Part shown: positions 9,581 through 18,534 of the stretch, one piece after another | Layout of the letters: every line of letters starts with the position of its first letter | Position numbering within the stretch: position 1 is the stretch's first letter | Assembly: GCA_963663545.1 (NCBI GenBank) | Contig: OY760505.1 | Location: 3,168,001-3,232,000, forward strand | Reading direction: 5' to 3' | Source: Candidatus Delongbacteria bacterium | Lineage (GTDB): Bacteria; CAIWAD01 | Length of the DNA stretch: 64,000 bases | Notes under the pieces: generated by a model | What the model was told of the DNA's origin: nothing | The model's input: the letters and a program-made list of their open reading frames with translations, nothing else | The model's database searches: none | Position numbers and translations under genes: made by a program

Positions 9581-11871
9581 ACTCGCAGGGAGATGAAGCC
9601 CAGACCAGCAGCCCGGGCTTGGGTGCGGGACGTCTCCGCGAATTGATGGATGAGTACGAAGCGTTGCAGGAACACGTATTCCGCACCTTCCTACTGGAGT
9701 TGCACGCACGCGAGTTAATAACGGCAGCCGATCTGCGTCCGCAGCCTCAGGATTCCCTACGCGACAATCGACCCAGTGAAAGCCGCTGGAGTCGTCGCAC
9801 TCGCGACAGCCTACGGCGCCGCGTTTTCGGATTGGTCTCCGAGTGCTTTGACGAGCAGACAGTGCGCGAGCTGATTGAACAAGTGCAGCGTCGCGAATCC
9901 AGTCATTGTCTGGAGGATCTGGCCGAGCGTCCTGACAGCAGTTTGGACCAGATTCGGCGCGCGCTGGCGGAAGTGGTCGGTTTGGTGGATCAGCGCGTAC
10001 TGACACAGCAGCAGCGCATTGCAACACGCGTTGCCTTGCTGCGTCGCTTCTTCAGCGATGACCTTGAGTATCTTCGTGTAGCACGCGAGCAGATCTCTCT
10101 TTCGCGACTGCAGCCACAGTTTGACCGGATGATTCACAGCCGTGCGGTCGGTGGGCGCGTGGGGGGCAAGGCCGCGGGCCAGCTGCTTGCTGCAGCGATC
10201 ATTGCCAACGAAATGGAAACTGCTGATCCGGAACTGCGCGGGCGTATCACAACTCCGCCTTCGTGGTTCATCACGGCAGACGTAAACGAGGATTTCGTCG
10301 ACTACAATCGACTCCAGGATTTTCGCGCCTACAAGTACAAGCCCATCCACGAGCTGCGACACCAGCTGCCTGTTGTGACACAGATTTTCTGCAACAGCAA
10401 TTTCCCTCCGCACGTTCACGCGCAACTCGAACGCATGCTGATTGAGATTGGTCCGGAGCCGATTATCGTTCGCTCCTCCAGTTTGCTCGAGGACAGTTTT
10501 GGTGGCGCATTTTCGGGCATGTACAAGTCGATCTTTCTCGGTAATCAGGGCCCCTTGGTGGACCGTCTTGAAGCGCTTTGCGCGGCTATTGCCGAGGTCT
10601 ATGCCAGCATGCTTGGTCCTGATCCGATCGCCTATCGCAGCACCCATAATCTGCTCGAGTACGACGAAAGCATGGGCATCATGGTTCAGCGCGTCGTTGG
10701 TCATCGGCATGGACGCTGGTTTTTCCCGTTGATGGCCGGTGTGGGCTTTTCCGTCAACGACTATCTCTGGACTGAGAAGCTGAATCGGGAGGATGGTGTA
10801 CTGCGACTGGTGGTGGGGCTGGGATCCAGAGCCGTCGACCGCATGCCCGACGATTATCCACGTCTTGTTGGATTGACGAATCCGCGTCTCCGTCCGGAGA
10901 GCACTGTGTCACAAATTCGCCGCTATAGCCAGCAGCACGTTGACCTTATCGATCTCGAGCGTGATTGTTTCGACACAGTTCCGTTGGAACAGCTTTTAGT
11001 GCCACCCCTGCCTGAAGGTCTGGAGCTGGCGCTATCAGTGGATGCCGGAGGATACCTGCGCGAGTGGAGACCTGGTGATCCACCGCCGGAAGCAAAGCAA
11101 GTCTGTCTCACATTCGATACCCTGTGTCACAAACATGAGATGCTACCGCTGCTTCGTAGAGTATTGGCGCAACTACAAAGCGCATATGGGTGCCCTGTCG
11201 ATCTGGAATTCGCCTGGGATCGCGACTGTCTGCATCTGCTTCAATGCCGACCTTTGGCGCGCTATGCGGAAGGGATCAAAGTCGAGCTACCCGAGGAAGT
11301 GGCGGAAGAAAGCCTGCTGTTTGAGACACACGGTCGTTTTCCAATGGCCTGGCTGAGCAACATCGATTGGGTAATCTGGCTAGATGATCGAGCTTGGGAG
11401 AAGGCTTCCGCATCAGAGCGCGAAGCCCTAACGCGTATTGTGGCCACGCTCAACGACACCTTTGCGCAGGACTGCTATATCCTCGCAGGGCCAGGGCGCT
11501 GGGGTTCGAGCAACGCCGATCTGGGAGTACCCGTTGCCTACAATGATATCTGCCATGCGGCTGCGCTGATTGAGATCGCCCGCGAAGACGACGACTATGC
11601 ACCAGAAGTGAGCTATGGAACGCACTTCTACCAGGATCTGGTGGAGGACGGCATCTACTGCGTGCCCTTGTTTCTGCAGCATGAGGATGTCGTTCTGCGC
11701 GAACGGCAACTTCTGCGAGCGCGTAACTGTCTGGCTGATCTCATTCCGGATGCGGGTCGACTCGTGCACTTCATGCGCGTGATCGATGTTCGCAGCCTGA
11801 ACCGCGGCCCCCTGCTATTGGCTCTGGATGCAGAGCAGTCCAGGGGAATGTGCTGGTTTGGGGACGCGTAA
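9565..11871 (+). CDS. PEP/pyruvate-binding (PPDK_N, ATP-grasp) domain protein of the PEP-synthase-like family
   Basis: Motifs VGGKAAG, IVRSSSLLEDSFGGAFSGMY, MGIMVQRVVG, GLGSRAVDR, PVDLEFA, LLQCRP, GPGRWGSS, EVSYGTHFYQDLVE. Confidence 0.85.
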   Translation: MQDTLNSQGDEAQTSSPGLGAGRLRELMDEYEALQEHVFRTFLLELHARELITAADLRPQPQDSLRDNRPSESRWSRRTRDSLRRRVFGLVSECFDEQTVRELIEQVQRRESSHCLEDLAERPDSSLDQIRRALAEVVGLVDQRVLTQQQRIATRVALLRRFFSDDLEYLRVAREQISLSRLQPQFDRMIHSRAVGGRVGGKAAGQLLAAAIIANEMETADPELRGRITTPPSWFITADVNEDFVDYNRLQDFRAYKYKPIHELRHQLPVVTQIFCNSNFPPHVHAQLERMLIEIGPEPIIVRSSSLLEDSFGGAFSGMYKSIFLGNQGPLVDRLEALCAAIAEVYASMLGPDPIAYRSTHNLLEYDESMGIMVQRVVGHRHGRWFFPLMAGVGFSVNDYLWTEKLNREDGVLRLVVGLGSRAVDRMPDDYPRLVGLTNPRLRPESTVSQIRRYSQQHVDLIDLERDCFDTVPLEQLLVPPLPEGLELALSVDAGGYLREWRPGDPPPEAKQVCLTFDTLCHKHEMLPLLRRVLAQLQSAYGCPVDLEFAWDRDCLHLLQCRPLARYAEGIKVELPEEVAEESLLFETHGRFPMAWLSNIDWVIWLDDRAWEKASASEREALTRIVATLNDTFAQDCYILAGPGRWGSSNADLGVPVAYNDICHAAALIEIAREDDDYAPEVSYGTHFYQDLVEDGIYCVPLFLQHEDVVLRERQLLRARNCLADLIPDAGRLVHFMRVIDVRSLNRGPLLLALDAEQSRGMCWFGDA

Positions 11872-11898
11872 TTCTTCGCCATCGCAGAGAAGGAGTAT

Positions 11899-11934
11899 AG
11901 CCACCTGAAGTGAAACGGGTGGCTTTCTTCTTCT
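11899..11934 (+). terminator. Probable intrinsic terminator
   Basis: AGCCACCTG...CGGGTGGCT stem followed by TTCTTCTTCT. Confidence 0.55.
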
Positions 11935-12066
11935 AACCAGTGCTTCTGACACGGTGACACAGCATTCTAGAAAGCAACACTTGGAACCACACACGACTGC
12001 GCAATGATAGCGGAAGTTCAATAGAAAGAGGCGATTGCCCGGCACACCGTTTGTACTTGTTCCAAC

Positions 12067-14511
12067 ATGTGCGTGAGACATGTAGGTGCAACGCGGTGGC
12101 TATTGCCATGGATCCTCCTCGCGGCTTTGCTGAGCCACAGCCACTCGTGCCCAGAGTGGATCTGTGCTTTGCTTGTTCCGTTGTGGTTGATGTGCTGGCC
12201 ACGTGTAACACGTCGTGCCTGGCAAATCGCACAGGTAGCGTCATGTGGAATACTGCTTTGTGTCACGCTGTGGTGGATTCACGGAAGCGGTCGACTGTAT
12301 CACGAATACCTCACTTCAGCAGAAATGGGCAAACAGCAGATCCGTGAGGGGTCAGAGGAAGCGTGTGATCGTGCTCCCCTCTTCCTGGTGTTACATGATA
12401 GCGAGCATCGGCGCGAGCTTGTGGCGTGCCATTTTCGCGCCTGGGAGTGGAATGGTCGTCGGTGGGTCAGCCCGCAGGGTTTGCTGCGACTGTGGTTGGA
12501 TCCCTGGGAAGTATCGGAGGATCGTGTGCCGCGTTATGGTCGTTTGTACGCATGGTCATCACCTGATCATGAATGGATGCGGCCCCCGGGGAGGCGTAAT
12601 CCAGGTGGTGTGGACTACGCTACACTCCTTGCTGCACACGGTATTGCCGGAACACTGCCAGGTGAAGCTTTGCACGAGTTTGTGGATTGTGGCCGCGTGG
12701 CCGATCAACGTGGCTGGCTGAGGTGGAAGCTTTCTGATTTGCGACAGCATCTTGCACAGCGACTGTATCACAGAGTTGGTGACACAGAAACCGCCGGGAT
12801 GCTGTGTGCCATGCTACTGGGCATGCGTGGCGGGCTTCGTGCTTCTGCACAGGATGCCCTGCGCGAGAGTGGCCTGGCACACCTTCTGGCGGTATCCGGA
12901 CTACATGTCGGCATGCTTGCACTGCTTGTGGTTGCTGCAATCAGCCTGCTGCCTATTTCACTGCAGGCGCGACGCTGGACGTGTCTGCTTCTGCTGGCGT
13001 GCTACGTCCCCTTGGCAGGGGCGCAGAGCTCGGTTCAACGCGCGGTGTGCATGGCTGTGCTTTTAAACGCGGGGGCAGCCATGGGCAGACCACAAACCGC
13101 GATGCAGTCGTTGTGGATAACAGCGTCGCTGGCACTAGCCCTTGAGCCGGAATGCTTGTTTGATGTCGGCTTTCAACTATCGTGGCTCGCTGTGTACTCG
13201 CTACTACGCTGGGCCGGGTCATGGCAAGAGTTTCTGCAGACGCGATTGCCGCTGGCTTGGCAGTCGCGCACCCGCTGGATTACTGGATCCTTGTCTGCCA
13301 GCATGAGTGTCAGTGCAGGGACAGCTCCCCTGGTGCTGGCAACCTTCGGACGACTTCCGCTGGCGGGAATGTGGCTGAATCTAGTAGCCATTCCAATCGC
13401 GGGTGTTCTATTGATGTGTGCCCTTCTTTTGCTCCTACTTCCGCTCCCCGGCGAACCGTTGGCAGCAGTGGCGGAGATGCTGTATCACGCTCTTGTTGCC
13501 TTGGCAGACGCTGGGCCGCAGCCGGTGCTGGTTTGGTCGCCAAATGCCTGGCAAGTCGGGATACTGGCACTGGTGCTTCTTGTACCTGGACGACCTTACT
13601 GGTGCACGCGCGTAAGTTTGTCGGCTGTGCTGCTTCTGCTGTGTACCGATTTGCTGCCACGACTGTTTGAATCGACGGGACTCGAGTGTCTCATGCTGGA
13701 TGTAGGCCAGGGAGACGCCATCCTGCTTCGTGATCCTTCGCAAGGCTGGTGGCTGGTTGACTGCGGTTGGGCAGCAGCGCCCGGTATATCCAATGGACGA
13801 AATGCAGCGCGCGATGTGATCGTGCCTGTGCTACAATCGCTGGGTGTTCATCATCTTCGCGGGGTAGTACTCACTCACCCTGATCAGGATCACATTGGCG
13901 GTGCGGACTATCTGCTGAAGCATGTGCAAGTGGATACCTTGTATCACAGTGGACGTTGGCGCAATGGTGTCACACAACGGCTGTTGAGATCACAGATCGC
14001 GCTACATGGACCACCGCAGCGACGCTTACAGGCGGGTGATTATCTATGGCAGAGGGGAGACAGCCAAGCCGCGGTATTGTGGCCCGCCGGACCTGACTGG
14101 CCAGAAGATCCCAACGAGGCCAGCATTGTGATACACGCTAGTTGTGGAGCACGTTCTGTTTTGCTGACTGGAGATGTCGGCCATCCTGCGGAGGCTGCGC
14201 TCTCAACTTGGGGACACTGGCTTGAGGCAGATGTGCTGAAGCTGGGACATCATGGTAGTGCCCATAGCAGTAGTCCGAGCTTTCTGCGACAAGTGTCTGC
14301 ACAATGGGGACTGATTTCCTGCGGCAGAGGAAATCGTTACGGCCATCCCGCAGACCGTGTGATTGCGTCTTGTGATACACTGGGAATGCAGCTCTGGCGT
14401 AGTGATCAACAGGGTGCGTGCTGGCTGCGCAATGCTGCAGATGGTTGGTACACAGTGAATTGGCATCATCAGTCGCCCTGGACGCGCCCCGAAGTGAAAA
14501 GAGAATTCTGA
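12067..14511 (+). CDS. comEC: DNA internalization competence protein ComEC/Rec2
   Basis: Competence domain motifs SGLAHLLAVSGLHVG, SVQRA, DVGFQLSW. C-terminal metallo-beta-lactamase domain LDVGQGDA, THPDQDHIGG, LTGD, LKLGHHGS, NRYGHP. Start codon uncertain. Confidence 0.93.
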   Translation: MCVRHVGATRWLLPWILLAALLSHSHSCPEWICALLVPLWLMCWPRVTRRAWQIAQVASCGILLCVTLWWIHGSGRLYHEYLTSAEMGKQQIREGSEEACDRAPLFLVLHDSEHRRELVACHFRAWEWNGRRWVSPQGLLRLWLDPWEVSEDRVPRYGRLYAWSSPDHEWMRPPGRRNPGGVDYATLLAAHGIAGTLPGEALHEFVDCGRVADQRGWLRWKLSDLRQHLAQRLYHRVGDTETAGMLCAMLLGMRGGLRASAQDALRESGLAHLLAVSGLHVGMLALLVVAAISLLPISLQARRWTCLLLLACYVPLAGAQSSVQRAVCMAVLLNAGAAMGRPQTAMQSLWITASLALALEPECLFDVGFQLSWLAVYSLLRWAGSWQEFLQTRLPLAWQSRTRWITGSLSASMSVSAGTAPLVLATFGRLPLAGMWLNLVAIPIAGVLLMCALLLLLLPLPGEPLAAVAEMLYHALVALADAGPQPVLVWSPNAWQVGILALVLLVPGRPYWCTRVSLSAVLLLLCTDLLPRLFESTGLECLMLDVGQGDAILLRDPSQGWWLVDCGWAAAPGISNGRNAARDVIVPVLQSLGVHHLRGVVLTHPDQDHIGGADYLLKHVQVDTLYHSGRWRNGVTQRLLRSQIALHGPPQRRLQAGDYLWQRGDSQAAVLWPAGPDWPEDPNEASIVIHASCGARSVLLTGDVGHPAEAALSTWGHWLEADVLKLGHHGSAHSSSPSFLRQVSAQWGLISCGRGNRYGHPADRVIASCDTLGMQLWRSDQQGACWLRNAADGWYTVNWHHQSPWTRPEVKREF

Positions 14512-14548
14512 ATTGGCCGCCGGCTCCAACCCAAGCCAAGGAGGAACC

Positions 14549-16513
14549 ATGAGACGAAGAAGAGACACGCTTGCGCTGGCATGCGTGAGACGGAAAGGAT
14601 TGCTGATGCTCGCTTTCGGAGTACTGCTTTGCGCTACTGCGCATGCTGAATGCTGGAGCGCCGAGAGTTGGCAACGAGCTGCACTACACGAAGGTGAGCC
14701 ATTGACAATGGGTGAACACAGCGTCTACTGGAGCGCTAACGATGGCTATTTACACTCGCGCGAGCCTCTACTTGAACTGCTTCCTGCGGATGAGGGCGTC
14801 TGGGTGCTGCAGACAGATGGGAGCTGGCGCTTTGGTGACAGTACAGGCTGGTTACAGAGCTGGGACACTGGACACAGGATTGCTGCTAATGAAGTGGCCA
14901 TTGTCACGGAACCAGGTCTTCACAACTGTCGGACAGCGCCATTGATCTGGCAGATCGTGGGTGAGGAACTTTGGCAGATCCAGCTCTCAACACATCCTTG
15001 CGTGATCCAGAGTCAGCGTTTGCCGGTAACCGCTTTGGGCCCAAAGAAGCTCTTTCTGCATGACAACGAACTGTGGGTGTCCATTAGAACGAAGCTTTAC
15101 AAGAGGGAGGGGGTACACTGGAGCTTGCGGGATCGCTTGCCTACCGCCGATTGCGAGTGGTGTATCACGGATGCGGGTTTGGTGATCCACTGTAACGGCG
15201 AGTTGTCGGGTGCCGGTGCAGCAGACTTGCCGCGTAGTGTGCGGAAATGGTGTCAGCCCTGTGGAGAAGTTTGGTTTCAGAGAAGTGCTGGTGAGTGGTA
15301 TCAGCTTTGTGCTAGCGGGAGCGTGCGTAGAATTGTGTTACCTGCGTGGCGTGATACACACGAAGAAGAGTGGACACCCCTGGGAGTGGGCCTCTGGCTG
15401 AACCAGGATCAATTGCAGCAGAGCTTATGGGCTGAAAGTAATGGTAGCTGGACACCCGTGCTTGATCCTCATCGAGATTTCCTGCTGCGAGATCGTTTGC
15501 TGCGCTACACGTCGCGTTGGCTGCTAAGCACAGAGGGCGATCTGCTGTGTGATACAGGCGATGGTTATCAATTCCTCGAACACATTCCTGGCGCTACGTC
15601 GTTGCACAGTTCAGGCCCGGGTGCTCTAGTGCTCGGGGAGCAGGGACTTTGTCTTTTCAGTGATGATGGGCTGCAGTTGGGAACCGCTCCTCGTGCCGGT
15701 ATGCAGGCAGCGTGTTCGCTTGAAGATCATTTGCTGAGCTGTGATACGGATTCGCTCTATTGCTGGTGGACGCAGGAAGACGTGCCCCAGCTGCAGGCTT
15801 CAATTGCTTTGCAGGATCTCTGGGCGCTGCGTGCAGGCGGTGATTATCTGGTGGCAGCCTCCGGCACAGGCCTGATGCTCATCAATATTGCTCCTCCCTG
15901 GGAGGCTGAATTGCTAGATACAATGCCCATGCCTCCAGATTGCGCTGACTGGATTGTCATCGACGATCACCTGATTCTAGCCGAGACCAGCACGATAAGC
16001 TTGTGGTCCTTGGCCGGTGGCCGCTTCAGCGAGGTGCCTCCCGGGTATCCGAGAGTGCCAGCGGCAAGCGTTTGCCGCCGAGGTGCCGATCGATTGCTCG
16101 CGCTTTCTACCGAGGGTGTGCTTCATCAGTTACTGCTGTTTGCCAGTGAGCCTGTCAGCGTGGACTGGAGCCTTGCACTGGAGACGTCTGGGCGGATTTC
16201 CGTGCGTGGCGACAGTCTGCGTGTGCTGAATGAAGGGGGCGTACTGGATCTTCCGCTTCCGCCCTTGGTGCAAAGGCATCGTGGAGGAGAACCTGAATTC
16301 CAAGCGTGCTACGGCTTGCGTCGTGGACAGAGTCTGCTTTGGCGCAGCGCTGATAGCCCATCGCTCGAGGTCTACGACCTGCTTGGACGACGTCTGGATG
16401 TGATACAGGCGTACCAAGGCCAACGGTTGCCCTTACCGTCTAGTATGGCAGCAGGGCATTATCTGCTACGGTCTCAACGTGGTGAAGTACAGCGCTTGTT
16501 GATCATGCCTTGA
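14549..16513 (+). CDS. Secreted hypothetical protein, beta-propeller/LVIVD-like, with a degenerate T9SS-type C-terminal domain
   Basis: GGAGG RBS before ATG 14549. Signal peptide. C-terminus LEVYDLLGRR...AAGHYLLR...QRLLIMP. Confidence 0.7.
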   Translation: MRRRRDTLALACVRRKGLLMLAFGVLLCATAHAECWSAESWQRAALHEGEPLTMGEHSVYWSANDGYLHSREPLLELLPADEGVWVLQTDGSWRFGDSTGWLQSWDTGHRIAANEVAIVTEPGLHNCRTAPLIWQIVGEELWQIQLSTHPCVIQSQRLPVTALGPKKLFLHDNELWVSIRTKLYKREGVHWSLRDRLPTADCEWCITDAGLVIHCNGELSGAGAADLPRSVRKWCQPCGEVWFQRSAGEWYQLCASGSVRRIVLPAWRDTHEEEWTPLGVGLWLNQDQLQQSLWAESNGSWTPVLDPHRDFLLRDRLLRYTSRWLLSTEGDLLCDTGDGYQFLEHIPGATSLHSSGPGALVLGEQGLCLFSDDGLQLGTAPRAGMQAACSLEDHLLSCDTDSLYCWWTQEDVPQLQASIALQDLWALRAGGDYLVAASGTGLMLINIAPPWEAELLDTMPMPPDCADWIVIDDHLILAETSTISLWSLAGGRFSEVPPGYPRVPAASVCRRGADRLLALSTEGVLHQLLLFASEPVSVDWSLALETSGRISVRGDSLRVLNEGGVLDLPLPPLVQRHRGGEPEFQACYGLRRGQSLLWRSADSPSLEVYDLLGRRLDVIQAYQGQRLPLPSSMAAGHYLLRSQRGEVQRLLIMP

Positions 16514-16600
16514 ACCAGAGGTTTGGTTTATATCAGCCATAGTGGTGCAATTGCCTCTGTGGTGATTTTCGTAAACGGATAATTATCAACATGTAATACT

Positions 16601-16617
16601 CTGGCCCGAGTCTTGCC
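16601..16617 (+). promoter_or_regulatory. Putative sigma54 (-24/-12) promoter
   Basis: CTGGCCCGAGTCTTGCC with exact GG-N10-GC spacing, preceded by an AT-rich tract in intergenic DNA. Confidence 0.55.
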
Positions 16618-16628
16618 CATAGCTACGT

Positions 16629-16802
16629 GTCGGTCTGGGGAGGCCGACTGGCTTTGCTTCCTGTAGCGGCGGGAGGCTGCCTACTAAAGGTCATAGCCCA
16701 ACCAAGGCTGACCGTGACATCATGCGTCTTCGGTATACCGAAGCATTGTGTGGGTGAGAGTAGAAAGGCGCAGGGCCCCTCCTGCGCCTTTCCTGCTTTT
16801 TC
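16629..16802 (+). ncRNA. Candidate structured small RNA or attenuator leader
   Basis: Four consecutive hairpins plus a perfect 12-bp terminal stem, directly downstream of a sigma54-type promoter, with no convincing ORF. Confidence 0.4.
16763..16802 (+). terminator. Terminator-like hairpin upstream of the 16865 gene
   Basis: GAAAGGCGCAGG-GCCCCT-CCTGCGCCTTTC followed by CTGCTTTTTT. Confidence 0.65.
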
Positions 16803-16864
16803 CTTGCGAAGGAGAGAATGCAAGCCCATCTTGAGGACGCCGGATCACAGACGGCAAAGGGGAG

Positions 16865-18361
16865 ATGGACGTGACACAGAAGACGGTTCCTGTAAACTCG
16901 ACCAAGGTGCCTGGCCTGCGCCTCGTGTGGCTGTTGTTGTTCTTGTTCCTTGGGCCCAGGCAGTTCGCTTATGCACAGCACTATACTTTGCTGGGAGCCC
17001 CTGGCGGGGCGCCACGCTGCTATGCCATGGCGGGTGACACGGTTTTTCTTCTGCACAACGATCAAATTGATGGAACTCCATATTGGCAAACAAAGGTGAT
17101 GGGCTATCGGATGACAGATCACGGTCCGATAGGGTTCTTTGATCCCGTAGTGGGCAGCGGTGCCTGCCTAGAGGCAAGTGTCCGCCGAGTGGGTGAGAGG
17201 CTGGTCTTCTATGCGCTTATGAACGATCCTTTGAGGCACCTGGTTTTTGCGATGGATCTGGACGGGCGCATACTCTGGCAGAATGTCATGGCAGAGTGTC
17301 CCGATTACCCGGTAAACCCTCATAGTGTTCTTGATCGCCATTTCGCTGCAAACGAGCACGAAGTCGTCGCACTGTATTTGGATTTCATTCCGGACCGCTA
17401 TTTCCTGGTCGGCAACGTCTACGGTTGGGATGGCAGCTTGAGACGCAGAATAATGGTGGGATCCTATCTGAAGATAGCAGGAATGCTGCTCTGTCCGTGG
17501 GGGGATCGATTCGTGGCCTTCGGCGAGGACTCTCTGGCGATCATTGATTCCGGCGATGTCAGTCTTTTACCTTCGCATTTGCCGTATGGATATGCCGTGA
17601 CTCTGGATACGCAGTTCGACGAAAAGGATCTCTTCTGCCTGATTCCTGACTCAGCCAGCTCGCACATTGAACGATTGCGGCTGCGCGAGAACGATCTTGC
17701 CATTCTGCAGCGGGACACGCTGGTTACCGGCCTGACGCATCCCGCTTCTGGTCGTTATCTCACAGTGCAGGGGCGGTATTGTATTTTTACTGCTGATACC
17801 ATGGGGGCCGCCGTTGCGGTTTACCAAGACTGTGTTGGCGATGAAGTGATTCCCGTTTGTGCCAACTATGGTGATGGTGTTGCCAATCGCAATGCCGCTG
17901 CATACGTTTATCATTGTGTCAATACAAGTACGCATGAAATCTATCGTGTACAGAATGGGGCTTCGGAGCGGTTGTGTACGTACAACTACATTGCTGATGT
18001 AGCGTTCGGGCTAGTGGATTCGCAATATCTTCAGGTCATACATTATAACTACGCGACACAGCGCATTGAAGTTGAAGTTCTGCCATTAGAAGAGTATTTC
18101 CGCGAAGTGCAGCAGGAGGCCTTTGCTCCGCAACTAAGCGCTTATCCTAATCCTTTCCTTTCTAGCTGCTGTTTGAGCTTGCCCCCGGGTGTGGGTGACC
18201 GGCAGGTTCGCATCTACAATCTGCTGGGTCAGGAATTGCAATGCCTGCATCTGCCCGCCAACGGCTCAAGCTTAGATTGGACCCCGCCTACCCGTACCGC
18301 AGGCGTCTACCTGCTGAGGACGGCTGGCGGCAGTACGCGACGCCTGCTCTATCTTCCCTGA
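16865..18361 (+). CDS. Secreted hypothetical protein with a T9SS-type C-terminal domain
   Basis: Hydrophobic signal segment ending AYA-Q. C-terminus SAYPNPF...VRIYNLLGQ...AGVYLLR...RRLLYLP. Confidence 0.75.
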   Translation: MDVTQKTVPVNSTKVPGLRLVWLLLFLFLGPRQFAYAQHYTLLGAPGGAPRCYAMAGDTVFLLHNDQIDGTPYWQTKVMGYRMTDHGPIGFFDPVVGSGACLEASVRRVGERLVFYALMNDPLRHLVFAMDLDGRILWQNVMAECPDYPVNPHSVLDRHFAANEHEVVALYLDFIPDRYFLVGNVYGWDGSLRRRIMVGSYLKIAGMLLCPWGDRFVAFGEDSLAIIDSGDVSLLPSHLPYGYAVTLDTQFDEKDLFCLIPDSASSHIERLRLRENDLAILQRDTLVTGLTHPASGRYLTVQGRYCIFTADTMGAAVAVYQDCVGDEVIPVCANYGDGVANRNAAAYVYHCVNTSTHEIYRVQNGASERLCTYNYIADVAFGLVDSQYLQVIHYNYATQRIEVEVLPLEEYFREVQQEAFAPQLSAYPNPFLSSCCLSLPPGVGDRQVRIYNLLGQELQCLHLPANGSSLDWTPPTRTAGVYLLRTAGGSTRRLLYLP

Positions 18362-18479
18362 TTGGTGCTCGTTCTGGCACCGTGTGACTTTCCTGGCGAA
18401 GTGGCGCCAGATACGGCGCGCTTTACTTGCCCATGGCACGAGTTTAAGTGCAAATCCACCAAAATCCAGTATAATTCCA

Positions 18480-18496
18480 ATGGCCCGTTTCTTGCA
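18480..18496 (+). promoter_or_regulatory. Putative sigma54 (-24/-12) promoter
   Basis: ATGGCCCGTTTCTTGCA, GG-N10-GC, about 40 nt upstream of ATG 18535. Confidence 0.6.
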
Positions 18497-18534
18497 CTTT
18501 TCCGTGCGACGTGAATCAACGCATCGGGAGAGAG

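Noticed and set aside
12039..12055. Sigma54-like site upstream of comEC (CCGGCACACCGTTTGTA)
   Set aside because: The -12 element reads TTGT instead of TTGC, so it is too weak to call.
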